Source: Rotaria socialis
Lineage: Eukaryota
DNA length: 64,000 nucleotides
NCBI GenBank assembly: GCA_905331485.1
Contig: CAJNYT010005354.1
Coordinates: forward strand, 24,361 to 88,360
Reading direction: 5' to 3'
Shown here: positions 12,401 through 25,800 of the stretch, in pieces
Position numbering within the stretch: position 1 is the stretch's first letter
Layout of the letters: every line of letters begins with the position of its first letter
Translations under genes and position numbers: made by a program
Notes under the pieces: model-generated
What the model was told of the DNA's origin: nothing
Databases searched by the model: none
What the model saw: the letters and a program-made list of their open reading frames with translations, nothing else

Positions 12401-15400
12401 ATAGGATGAGAGATGAAAAAGGAAAGAAGCGGTTTCTCGCAGATCTACATGACAACATCAAATAATAATAATAAGAGCACATGATAATGATTAAACTTTG
12501 CTAACAGGGACATATTTTACATATTCTACTTTTCAAGGTAAATGCATTAAATTCTAAAAGAAGATTTCTAAATAAGAATTAAAATACAAAAAAAAAGAAG
12601 GAAAAGAAAGAAAATTCTCAAAGTGAATGAAGAAAATAAGTGTCGCATTTCGATGACGATTATTTTCGGTTGAATGGACGGTATATAAAAGAAAAAGAAA
12701 TTCTCTTCTTTTGTTTCTTTCTTCTCCTCATACAACTGAATGACAATTATTCACAAAGTTAATCGATACATTTTTTTATTTTATTTAGTCAATATAAAGA
12801 ATAGAAAGAAGAAAAATCCTTGAAAAGCTTCTTACCAAATCTGACTTATTCGATCGGATACACACATTGCGCACAAACAATGGTCTTACATAGGCATACA
12901 TACATCTATGTATCTGTTTTTTCACTCTGGAGAAAGTTGGCGATGGCAATGGTGTGATTATCAACATAGCAAATCATTCAACATCCTAGTGAAGATGGTA
13001 GATGCTGACGACAACACGTCTTTGCTTACTATTCATTTGTCTCCTGAGACAGTGCAAAAGCGCACTCGTGTATGCAGGAAACAGTAAAAGGAAAAAAATC
13101 ATTATGATCACCATCTTATTCTCTTCTTCATCGTTCTACACCCAGCGAGACTATTATCAGATTATCTTAAATAATTGCATGCTCCTCAATGTAAAATACC
13201 AAACATTACCTCTAGAGTTTTCATCGTCTCTTATCCAAGAACGATCATGATCAGAAATAACTCTCTCTCTCTCTCTCTCTATTTGAAACAACGACATAGC
13301 TGCAGGACTATTTACCCAATAGACATGATATTATAACAAGTATTTTTCTTCTTCTACCAAGAATCTTAACAAAATAGTCTAACCATTTAGGATCGTGTAT
13401 ATATATATATCTATTTAGTTTTGTAGCGAAAACAGCATAGACATATAGACAAATGACATGGATACTTCTATGTTTGTTATCGTAAGACAAACGCTTGCTG
13501 AATTACACACATATGAATATATAAAAAAGGAAGAAGAGCAGATCCGTTCCGGAATAATTCGAAGAGGAAGACATTTAAAATCAATAATTGACATCATGGA
13601 GAAAAGAAGCATGCTTGACAAGAAAAGATGTACGCTCTCTTACACTTGACGAAATCGATGAACGACAACCGATGATGAATAAGAGAGCGTAGTTCAAGAG
13701 AAAATTCAGTTTCTTTTTTTTTGCTATTTCCATATATATCCATTGATTATGCAAAAAGACAATTTCATTTGTAATTCACTTATATATATAGCCTATCTCT
13801 AATTTTTGCATAAAATTTAGTTGAAAATCTGTTTTCGATTATGATTATTATTCATATTTACTTTTTCGCTTCTATGCATTTTCTAAAAAAGATTAAATAC
13901 CGGAAAAATTAGCAAAGGAAATGTTGTAGAAATCAAAGCAATGCTAATTTGGGTCAAAACTTTTCTTCTTCTCCTTTTTTCTCGTCAATCAGAACAACAA
14001 TACTTTCCGATTAACTTTTGTATTCACAATATACAGTTGAGTTCGTTAAAAGGAAAAGAAAAGAAAGCAAATATATATATATATATATTCTTCTTAGTTC
14101 TTTTTGTTTGAACTAAGTTAAAAATAAACTTTCGCCTAATTTACTATAGAACAAAATACTACTAATTTGATTATCTCGGATTGCAGTCTTCAAAGAATTA
14201 ACATGTTTGATTTTTTTTAACGATTAAGCAACATTTTCATAAGTTTATATATGTATATATACAAGACAGATCAAAGTGTTGATGACGGCGATCGAACGAT
14301 CAAGTACTTGGCATAAGTAATTCTCGTTTGCGCCCACTCATCCTATGACTAAATCAAAAAAAAAAAATCTGTTCTACATCAATAATCGATACAACATTAA
14401 AAGGCTTGCTAACAACATCATTATCATCTTTTTAACGTATGTGTGCATAGGAATAAACAGAGAAGAAGGGGAAAAAAGAAAAACGGCCAACTAAAATGCA
14501 TATAAGAGAGTCGGAGGTAATTGATGCTATTAATATTATTGGATGATTTTATCTATGGCTAATATTACTTAATAAAGTCAATGAGACAAACAAACTTTAG
14601 CAAAAAGTAAAAAGCATAAAACAATTCTACGTCAAGAGAACAAAAAATTCAACTTCGTAGTTGTCCTTGAAATTTCTTGTTCAAGTTGTATTCTTACCTG
14701 AAGAATCGATTGGCGTTGCTGGATTTGTTCCATCTATTTCTTGTTGCTTCTGTGTATATTCCAAACTGAAAGAACAATTATTTTTGATTATAGAAAAAAA
14801 GAGAAAATCATTTGATAATGTCAACAGTTCTTTTAACACATGTTCTTATGAAAATATTTGCCTCTGGATTATTTCATCGACCAAGGCAATTATCCTTGTA
14901 TTAATAAAATCTTTTAACAATTATTAATTGTCTTCATATAAAATAAACTCAAAATATTAGAAAAAAACGTTTCTGACGTAATGACTCGAGTCAACAGACG
15001 ATGTTTTTTTTGAAATATTTCATATCCTAAAAATAGTTAAAATTTAGCGCAATTCAAGATCGAGGTACAAATCTTCCATTATTATATTTTCTCTTTTCAG
15101 ATATCGTGCTGATTTTCGTTTTCAACAAAAACAATAAAGTCAATTGTAGTTTAAAAACAAAGTGATATGACGGAGAATGGCAGATTGTCTAGATGTTACG
15201 ATGAATTTATTATTCAGTTCTGTTGAATTGTTCATATGAGGATGCGCGCATGATACGAGCTGTTCTTTTTCTTAATAAAATTTAACTGAAATTTCTCTTG
15301 AAAGAACAGCTTTAAGAAAACTCAACAGTCATGGGAGAGCGAAGTTTCGATGAAAAACACAAAGCACTTTCTAGTGTGAGAATGAAGAAAAATTCTGATA

Positions 15401-17775
15401 GCTGAAGGTAGTTCTCGAAAAAAGGCTCGCACCTGTTCATATCTATTTGAAGTCTATGACTCATGAGAAATACGCCGTTCGAAACAAGTTTAACATGACT
15501 ATAACTGATACTGTCCCCAATGAAAAATCTGTTAGCACAATTCCTGTTGAATTAGAATGTGAAACACAATGTAGTTGTTGATGCTAATCACAGAGACATC
15601 GTTTTATTCTATCTATCTTGGGACACATTTCTTCGCTTTGCTGTCACTCTATTCTCCATGGATGCAATAAGGAAGTCGCTCATATATTATAACCAAACGT
15701 CATTTCTGTTAAATAAACAATGTGAGTCACAGGAAATGGTGAAAATTCCTACCTTTCGACACTCATATTACAAAAGCGCCGCTATTCTCAAGAGGAAACG
15801 TTTTCAAATGTCCAACAGCTTTTGAGTTCGAGCTTTTTTCATAAGGTAGAGCCCGGTGACGCATGAAAAATCTCCGTGGGTCTTCTGATCAGTGTTGTAA
15901 GCATTTTACTGGAATTTCAACCAGTAGTACCGCACATACAGAAGAATCATCGCAGTTCGAGTTTTTCGAAACAAGATTTATTCGATCGCTGAAAATTTTT
16001 ACTACATCATCGTCGATCTTACAAATTCAATATGCTTATTTTTTTCCTATTAAATAACTTCAGCGAATGCTTACCAATCATCCAAAATATATGTCATACC
16101 AGTTAGACACTGTACATAACGTTCAATGACATACCACATAGTTTCAATAAAATACGGATATCGAAATCGATCGGGTATTCGAGCTTTTCTTTCAATCATC
16201 CAAACTTGTATTTGCATTGGAATCTTAAAAGAATTTAAGAAATTTCCACCGAAAACAAGAGAATCTTCCATTGTATATACAGCATGAATCCAACCTGAGG
16301 GCAAAAAAAATGTCCAATCAGGTTCGAGAACAATCATTTGGCAATCTTTTGAAGCACATAAATCAGCAAAAAAACATTCATTTTGTTGTCGAGATAAAAT
16401 CCACTCTTCATATAAACGTAAATAAGATTCAGTTGGTGGAATTAACCAGAAGACTTTCTTTCCTTTAAGTAAATGATACCAAACCGAAGATCCGCCTTAA
16501 CAGAACAAATAATTAAAGTTGATTTATTTATTTCAGTCAACCCCCCCCCTCCCCTCATTATTACCCATATCAATATGAAAGTCAGTAAAACATTTCGCAA
16601 CTGACATGAGAGCATATCTGAAAAATAAATATTGAATTTCAGCTCCTTTTTTTTCAAAATCGATTTTTATTTTACTTTCGAGTTTTTGGATAATACATAT
16701 GTGCTTGCTTGAGATTATGTTGATATTTAGCTTGAATCTCTTGCCAATCTTGAGGCCAAGCATTTGATACCCAATCTATTTCGCGCACCTAAAGAAATAA
16801 ATCATTGAGAAAAAAACTGAAAATTCAACTCTAATTTACAATAGACGGTGATTCAACATATTGTTCAAGTTTTGTATGACTAAATTCAAGTGAAATAACA
16901 TTTAATAATTGAGTACGCTTTTCTGATGGTTGATCATAATAATCTGTCCAAGATTTCATTGTCATTTGAGATGATTGTTGAGTATCAACATGAACAACGT
17001 CGATAAGACGTTGAGAACCGACACATGTACGAACATCGTGAACGGTAAACTTTGATGTTGGCACACGAAGACCTAATCCACGATGCTGTTTTATCACAAT
17101 CGGATTCGGAAAACCGGTACGTTGAACATAGGATAAATTGAATTCTAAGTTCATAGAAAAAAAGATTTGTCTGAATATTGTTTACGGTATATTGCTTTTC
17201 TACATGCAAAAGAATAGCGGACTGGAGGAAGCCTTACCTACCGAAAAGTACATGAGATAAGATCTCGTACATGTCCATACGTCTGAGAAGAATGTGTCCT
17301 ACTGGAAGGATTGCAATGCGAAAATGTGCTTTCAACTACAGCTGCTACTATGAATGGTTCTCGTATACGATGCACTCGTAGGATTTAAAGAAAGGGAAAC
17401 GTACTTACTTCTGATCCGATATATTTCTATTATGCAACTTATTTAAACGTCGTTTCCAAGTTATCGAAAAAATTCTAATTTTTAGAAACTCTTTTGAAAT
17501 CCTCAAATCAACAGAGCTTATTAGCAAGTACAAAATTTTGAATACAACTTTCTAAAGCATCGGTCTAATTGAAAACGGATTCCATCTATAAATATCTACA
17601 GTAAAATTGTGAACAAATACAAACCATTAGCTGTGAGTTCTTCGACAAATTTGCCTTGATAATTATCTGGAGCGCTTAATTTATCTGCAATCTGCCATCT
17701 TTGAGGTCTTTCAAAAACTTCTTCAAAGAAATCATCATCATCATCGTCTACGTAATGCTTCTTGACACGCTTACG
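9476..17775 (-). CDS. JmjC histone lysine demethylase of the KDM2/JHDM1 family (JmjC + CXXC zinc finger + PHD), multi-exon, 5' end not resolved
   Basis: Minus-strand exons, 5' to 3'. About 17775-17621: RKRVKKHYVDDDDDDFFEEVFERPQRWQIADKL..NYQGKFVEEL, matching the KDM2A N-terminus. 17167-16831: NLEFNLSYVQRTGFPNPIVIK..FTVHDVRTCVGSQRLIDVVHVDTQ..LLNVISLEFSHTKLEQYVESPSIV. About 16740-16565: YALMSVAKCFTDFHIDMG. About 16497-16079: GGSSVWYHLLKGKKVFWLIPPT...PSGWIHAVYTMEDSLVFGGNFLNSFKIPMQIQVW..RFRYPYFIETMWYVIERYV, the JmjC core. About 11250-11061: HLTRFELDGLQTLCSLLRKLKEKSVPEDLIQ. About 10540-10144: Q/P-rich linker. About 10079-9841: [45 protein letters not shown], a CXXC domain, then C..C..CERCMEIHHLPC, the start of a PHD finger. 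About 9785-9476: ETWLCPKC (PHD end) followed by a poly-Q tail and a TAG at 9476. Domain order and spacing match vertebrate KDM2A/B. Confidence 0.75.
11643..11661. repeat. (GA)n microsatellite
   Basis: agagagagagagagagag, read directly from the sequence; it lies in the large KDM2 intron. Confidence 0.9.
11910..11927. repeat. (GT)n microsatellite
   Basis: gtgtgtgtgtgtgtgtg, read directly from the sequence. Confidence 0.9.
13259..13282. repeat. (CT)n microsatellite
   Basis: ctctctctctctctctctctct, read directly from the sequence. Confidence 0.9.
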
Positions 17776-18382
17776 CTAAAAACAAAAAATTCAAAATTAA
17801 TTATCTTGTTGATCTTTCAGTTTGTGTTTGATTACAGTCACGTTTAGTCACTGAACTAGAGAAAATACAACCCTCGCCAAAGGATTTCAGACTCATCTAG
17901 ACTACTTTAGTAATATCTTAGTAATTAAAATTTTGCATCATGGAATAAGCACAGAAATCGACTATGTGATTATTATCTTGCGAGATTATCGACAAGAAAG
18001 TGTTCAATAGATTATAGATAAGTTATGAAGCAATAGCTCCTTTAGCTCACTCAGAAACCCGATTTAAGCTGCATTGGTTTTTATGTGTAATGATTCTATT
18101 TTCAAGGTATCAGTAAATGACGTAGGCGTGTTCTAGGACGAAAAGCAGTTTTTCTCGTTTTCATCTCACTCCAATTCTCCCATTAGAATCAATTTTAATA
18201 TAATATCATCACACTTTTTGACTCAAGCTAGATTTCTTTCTATTAAAATTCAAACAATAGAATACCTCCTTAGGAGATACGATGTGCCGAATGCCATAAA
18301 AGACCTCCTGCTGATCAATTCATCTTTCTATTAAATAGAAACTTTAATCAGTTTGTATTGCAATTCATAATAGAATATGTAT

Positions 18383-18405
18383 GTCTGTCTGTCTGTCTGT
18401 CTGTC
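18383..18405. repeat. (GTCT)n microsatellite
   Basis: gtctgtctgtctgtctgtctgtc, read directly from the sequence. Confidence 0.9.
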
Positions 18406-19476
18406 CAAGAATTAAGAGGAAAGTGGATAACGACTCTATCACTCGACAAAAGCATTCGTTGATGATCATCAATCAGAAGCAAAATTCCGGACATCTTTTG
18501 TCCGTGACTCGAATTCAACAAAATTATTCCGCAAGTCAATCATGAATAAAAACGGTGTCCTATTTCGAGTAAAGCGTTACAAATATCTATCGTCCAAGTG
18601 GCGATATTAAGCAAACATAATTTCGTATTTATTCGATCAATTTTTCTTGCATGATTATTGGCAGCTATTTGCACCTGAATTATTCAAGTTACATCGACCG
18701 TTCTTCAAATTTAACCTTGACATTACTTTAAGAATGTTCAATTAAAACTATTTCATAGGATGAACATAGTCGATATTCTGATTTAGCAATAATATCATCA
18801 CTTTTCTTTCTGGATTAATGCATTTAATACCAATAAATAGATAATTCTACAGTGGATTATGGATTTAAATATTGAATATTTTCCAATCAGTTTCTCATTC
18901 TTTTTATAAGTGGTCTATTTCTCACCAATCCAAATAAATGAAATAATTCTTTTAATTTAAATATATATTCCAAAACAGCATACTTCAATGATCTACATTA
19001 GGTTTCTACTTACCAGCCGACGACCTTGTGCATTCGATTGCATTATGATGCAAGAAAAAATTTCACGTTTTTCCAGACGATCCTCTTTGCATAATTGATA
19101 TATGCTTAAGATTTATGTCACATATGAATGACTCAACGTTCTGATACAAAAACAAAGTACAAAGTCTGTATACTTCAAAAAAAATTAATTGCTCCCAGCG
19201 GATCAGATACAACTTATAATTAACATTTTCTCTGTTTTTTTTTATTTTTCGCCATTGATTCTTAATAATAAATTCCAAAAAACTTGATTTCTGTTTTATT
19301 TGTCTGATTTAGTGAGGTCGCTAGTTGTCAGTAACCGCTAACTTCGCATAAATGCATTCAGACGCTAGAGGACAAACCTCAAAGTGAGAATTGGTTGGCA
19401 TTTACTTTGTCTGTCATTTTCTGTGGTTAATCGACAAATATTAGTAACATCTGTTAGAGTGAAGAGTTATTGCACA

Positions 19477-22400
19477 ATGATAAAATCATTTTCAATACTT
19501 TCTCATCTCTCTCAACGGGTAACTTTTCTTATTGTTATATGTTTTGTTCTATGTTTTGTACAATTTACACTTATTTTTCAACTCATTTCTGAGTCATCTG
19601 ATATAGAACGATTTCTTTCATTATCTTCCGATGATAATCTCAGTGCAATTTTAAATTGTACAAAAAAATTAAAATGCCCAAATAATATTACACAATTTTC
19701 TATACATATTGATCAAAATAGTCAATATCCGAATGTATCATATGTACGTTCGCCTGTTTTTACAGCTATACTCAATACAATTCGAAATTCATCGTATTAT
19801 ACTAATGATTCAACGGCAGCTTGTATACACATAGCACCTGTTGATACGATCGATCGAGATCGTCGATCGAAGAATGGTTATTATACATATTTTATTGAAC
19901 AGCGTTTGAATTTTTTTCATGAATGGTCCGATTCGAATAAAATTCATTTGATATTCAATCATTACACAGGTAGTTTATTTTTTTTCCCTTCAATTTGCAT
20001 AGACTGTAATGAGGAAATCATTGGACATGATCGTAAATCATGTCATCAAATTCAAGTGAAGAGAAAAAAAAATAGAATATCTAATCCAATTCTTTGATGG
20101 GGAGAGTAACGGATTTTTCTTGGAGGAAATGAAAATCAGGATGATGAGATCATGAATTCTGTATGGCACTTCCTATAGTAGAAAGCAGCTTATTCAAAGT
20201 GAATAATGATGAAAGTTGACACTCGAGATTTCCGCATTAAATATTTATTTAATAGACATTATTGGCGGTGCGTGGTTCTTATCATCTATTGTTTGATTAA
20301 AATCGTAAGATCCTTTCCCTATCAGTAAATAACTTAAAGCTCTATCAGACATAATTTGTTCAAGAAAATTTAAATATTGGAGAGATCTTTTTTTCAACTC
20401 ATAGATTGGTATTTATTTAACCGAGGAGAAGGGAAATGCTAAGGTTGACGTCTATTCCTTTATCCTATTAGGTTACAATTGACTTCTGGCTATTTTCTTT
20501 TCTTCGAAGCAGTTGATAGGATCGATTGAACAAAATAACATTTTTGACCTATGCAATTAAACCTATGGAAGCAGTTAATCTTGACTTGTGTGAGCCTCAT
20601 GAGTAAAACAGACCGGTAGCATGGGCTAGAGTAACAACTAGATAAGAAATCGAATATTTTGTCTCATATGGCTCACTCGGCTTAGTATTTGTGAGCAAAA
20701 TATCCCATAATTAAGCATTGACTTCAAATAATTTATAGTTCGTACACATTCTTCAACCCTATTCACACGTGTTAGTTAGATTAAGAACGTGTTCATACAA
20801 ACCGAGTAATTCAATATCAAGAAAGACAAATTTGCTTTTCTTTGTATGCACGTGTCACATTCGATACATCAATTCTGTCATCCGTCGTAGACAAAACTGT
20901 CAAAAAAACATTGATACATATCGTTGTTGACCGATACTCTGACCCATGCGACTAATTGAGTAGATCATTAAAAACAGTTGGAACATTTCTCAGCAAATAG
21001 AATTTTTATTTTTGTACAATGTCTAAGAGTTTTTTTTGTTGCACCTGCACGTAGAATCGACGTGTTTGTTGACATACACGATAACGGAACAATGAAGGAT
21101 GCGAACCCAAACAATTGAAATGAGCCCCACTGTGAGCTGCATGTTCAGATGTACTTCGTGTTTATTCAAACGTACAAACAGTGATACTATCTCCATATTG
21201 AGTGACTTGTCCGTAAGGCATGTCGAGAGAATATTGTCACATACACACGAAATTAGTCAATGAACATCACAACAATGACTTTAGTTTTGCATGTACAGAT
21301 GACAGTTGCCAGGGAAAAAAAACTTTAATTTATTCACGACACATTATATCAAGTAGTTATTGTTGGACTTCTTCTGATTTTATCCTTCCGCTAATCTCAT
21401 CTCACTTGATCATCAAATTCTATGAAAGCTCTTATCTCGAAAATGAATGCACACTTCTTACAACAGTACTAAATCTAAAGGTCAATACATATAAATAATG
21501 AACAAATAAATCAGTTATTCAAATGAAACTTGATCGTTTTCAAATGACCCACTCGTACATTCGATTCACATTGTTGTTAAACCGAATTTCCGCGTATTCA
21601 AACCTATGAGTATATCAGCAAGTATCCTTCTCTATGCTTCCCGATTATCGACGATTCTTTCTTCATTTGATTAAAGAATAATCAATTTGACAGGCACTAT
21701 CACAGAATCGACTCAGGCGGTAAACTATTTGTTATGATCAAAAAGCCTTTCTTATCGCACCTGCACCATATTGTATTTTGTATTGGTCATGAAAATGTAT
21801 CGAACACATTATCAGTCAGCACCTAACGGTTTATACGAGCAATTAAGACCGGTAGCAGCATTTTCAATCTCTTGCGGACATTCCACTTTGATGATATAAT
21901 TTCCGAACAATTTATTTTTCAATAAGAAACAGAAAATTAATTACACCATTCTCTTATAGGAACATGGCCATTGTATCGACGTACCCTAGATTTCACATTA
22001 CCATCTCATCATATTCTTGCATCAACTAGTTTTACTACTGCTAACTATAATTGTTTATCACATATAACATTTCCATTGTTTCATTCTGATTATCCATCGA
22101 ATTTCACAAATAAATTTTCGTCTACCCGAACAATTCTACTTTCATTTAAAGGTAAAAGCTATGAAGATGTTCAACATCATCGTACATTTTTTCGTCATCT
22201 AAATAATAATCATGATATTATCATCAAATATACTGATAATACAAGTTCCTATGATCAAAACGAATATACTGAACTTCTTCGTCAATCTTATTTTTGTCTT
22301 GTACCAAGTGGACGTCGTTTATATTCGTATCGTTTTCTTGAAGTATTACAATACGGTTGTATACCTGTGATAACAACAAGCGACAATGAACCAGTAATCC

Positions 22401-22627
22401 TGCCATTTAGCGAAATAATCAATTGGTCACAATCAATCATCATCTATTCCAATTCACCGTTAAGTCTATTACCATATTATTTGAAAAAGATCGGTAAACA
22501 ACAACGTATTCAAATGCAAAAAGAATGTATTGATATATGGTTAAAATATTTTTCATCAATACCACGAATTATATTAACTACGCTTGATATTCTAAATGAT
22601 CGTTTTATGTCTTCTTTTCCTAGTTAA
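19477..22627 (+). CDS. exostosin-family (GT47) glycosyltransferase, type II membrane topology, two exons (19477-19969, 21960-22627)
   Basis: Exon 1 begins MIKSFSILSHLSQRVTFLIVICFVLCFVQFTLIF (signal anchor) and contains ...ACIHIAPVDTIDRDRR..KIHLIFNHYTG. The GTAGTT donor is at 19970. Exon 2 carries GTWPLYRR...FCLVPSGRRLYSYRFLEVLQYGCIPVITTSDNEPVILPFSEIINWSQSIII, matching the EXT1/2 core (IFNLYSGTWP ... [27 protein letters not shown].W). Stop is at 22625-22627. Confidence 0.75.
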
Positions 22628-22888
22628 CGAGAGAGAGAGAGAGAGCGGAAGAGAATTTGCTTTCCTTTTTTTTCTTTCGTTCTTTTCCGTCAGCTTTCAA
22701 TCTATCGTCATGATCGAGTCGGTCGAACTTTGTTCATAGTAGTGACTGACTTTGTTTCATACATAGGTCACGTTAAACACAGAATGCATCGAGATATACA
22801 TATATTTTTTTTTCTTATTCTTCTACTTATTCTTCATTTCAGATCTGTTCTTTATTAAATAGACTAAAGAGGAAAAACAACATCAACT

Positions 22889-25800
22889 ATGACAGATATT
22901 ATTATTGATGATGATCTTATTGATACAAGTAGACCAACAGCATCGGGCTCGAGTTCTTCAGTAACAACATCATCTCGTCGAGCCATGTTTATTGAAACTG
23001 AAGTACGAACAGATACAATGACCAAACGACGAGTAGGATCAACTACTGGAAGTCGAAGTGTTTATGATATACTTGAAAATACAAGATCACCTACAGAGTA
23101 TGTATTTCTTTCTTTTTGGAAATTTTCTCTTTGGTAAAGTTTGTCTTTTTTTTTGACAGTGGACTCCCACCGACAACTTATACATATGCTCACAGGTAAG
23201 CACGGTTGTGTGTAAACTATCATTGAAATATTCAATGAACTGTTCAGTTTTAGTTTGATTTAAATGAATAGGTTCATTTAATTTTCTATTTATATAAAAG
23301 CAAGTGACACTTGAGATTGCGTAAATAGACTGATCCTTAGTGTTAAGACGTGTGCTAGGGCGTTTGCGAAAGAAATTCGTTCCTTCATTCCGTGAAACAC
23401 TATTTCATGAACGAAATATTATTTCACCAAAAGAGGAAAAAAATCAATTTTCAAGATGAAGGCTGTAACTGTGCAGCTTGAAGCAGTTAAATGGCTTCAG
23501 GTGGTTTTTGTTGTTTTGTAATATGAGTAAGTATGTTGCATGACTTTGAAACAAAATAAAAAGACGTATGATTAGTAAAGAATGGAATTAAGATAAGAAA
23601 AAGGAGTAGTTAAAATTTATAACCTCCAAAAGTATAAGCGATAAGAGTTTTTTTTTAACGCTGTTACATAATAAACGAGCTTGATTTACGAGAGCGAATG
23701 ATGAATGCTTTTCGAGTGCGTATTCGAAGGTCTCGATAGTGAGGTTATAATGAGCAAATGAAGCTTCCTTTTTCTATAGAACTCTATTAAACTGATTCTT
23801 AGGTTTTCCCTAAGGGAGTTTTACTTTTCTATGGTGGAATCGAAACCACTGATATATCTGAAGGTCTACATTATGTATCGAACCTGAAAATTTGATCAAC
23901 GAGAAAGTATAGGTTATAATTATCAAGCATGTAATTGAGTCGTTTCGTATTTTGTCTCGATTGATCAGAGTAGCGAAGAAATAATCCGTTGTCAATTACT
24001 TGCTTTTGATCACATCAGAGTAGCGATACTGAGTGTGATCTTTCGTATTCGATGAGTGCACTTGCGAGTGATTTTATCCTTCATATTGTATCGTATAGTT
24101 CGGTTATTTAGCAACTGAAAATGATAATAATACAAATGCATAAAAAGATCGTTATCATTTAAAATTGTTTTTATTTAATTTAGTGTGTCTTATATACCTG
24201 TGACGGATCATGGTGCTTATAGCTTTCCAGTTATGGCTCGTCGTGATTTGCATGGTGAAGGCCGTTCATACAGCTCATCAAGTTTTACATCAACAAATTC
24301 GTTGTTTTCATCACCAACACGATTTATTTCAAATGTTCGTTCACACCTAGCTAACGGTTATTCAGCTATTCGTGATCGTTTAACACATCATACACATCAA
24401 GAATTAGAAACAGAAACGGCACCAACACTTCTCAATTCGCCATCAACTCAACGTACAACAAGATTTTCTCGTACATCGTCTCAATCATCGGTTAACGGTC
24501 AAACAACAGGTTATAATCTTCGTCGACGTGCTCCTGTTCATTCAACACCACGTGACATTGAGAGCGAACAATTAGAAGAACGTAAAACAACTAAACAACG
24601 TAAAGACCGTAAAAGTCAAGATGGCCAAGAAGAAACGCCTAGCGAAGATAAAGAAATCATAGATGAAAAACCTGAAGAACAGCAAGAAAATGAATTTTTT
24701 AATTTAACAAAAAATCTTATCCTTCTACCAATTAAACTATTCAAGTTTCTATGCAGTACACTATTTAGTTTACCATGGTGGTTACTCATTCCACTTCTTT
24801 TCTTGCTTGGCATTTACTTCCGTAAGTAATTCTACTCGTTTGTTACATATTATGTAGAGACTTCTTGTGTGCTTAATAAATATGTACAGAAAGACCTTTG
24901 AGGTGTGACTCATGGATTCTTTTTTTTTTTAGTTCCTAATTTGGCATGCAAATCATTGGAACATTATCCTCAATCCAAAGCTTATCAACAATGTCGTGCA
25001 TTTCAAAAATATAGAAATACACAAATAGATAAATCCACAACTTTTCTCCGAGAAAATACATTTAAATGTAGCATTGATTGTTTTAAAAAATTCTATCAAT
25101 CACTAGTTAATGTCCAAAAGTCCATAATTAACTTCTTGGTTGGTATTTATTCTAATACTAGAAAAGGATTTTATCGACAATATATCAGAATCAAACGTAG
25201 TGTGACGAGTATTGTTGGAACAACAAAAGAAAATGCAAAAGAAAATTTCGATGCTAGTGTTCAAAAAGTTAACGATTTAATCGAAGAATTTAAACGTGAA
25301 AAAGATAAATTTTTTGGCAGTCGAAATGCATTAAAACCTGATCAACAGCAAGAATTAGAAGCCGTACGTAGTAAAATTATCTTAGAAGTTTTATTAAATT
25401 CCAATTTCTATTTATTTAGCTTGTTCGACAATTACTTGTTGAATATTCTGCGGATGAAACTGGCCAAGCTGATTATGCCCTTGAAGCTAATGGTAAATAA
25501 TATTGAAAATAAAAGTAAATAGCTAATAAAACAATTTTATTCTCCTCTAGGCGGAAAAATTGTTGATACAAGATGTACTGAATATACAGATGAACCACGT
25601 CAAAATGTTGTTAAATTTCTTGGTATTCCAATAGTGCATATGTCAAAACAACCAGATATTATGATTAAAGTATGTTTTGTTGCATTGTAGGTGTTTTAAT
25701 TATGTTGTAAATATTTGTTTTCTTTAGGCTGGTCGTATGCCTGGTCAATGTTTTCCATTTAAAGGTGATCAAGGAAGTGTTATTATTAAATTAGCTGTAC

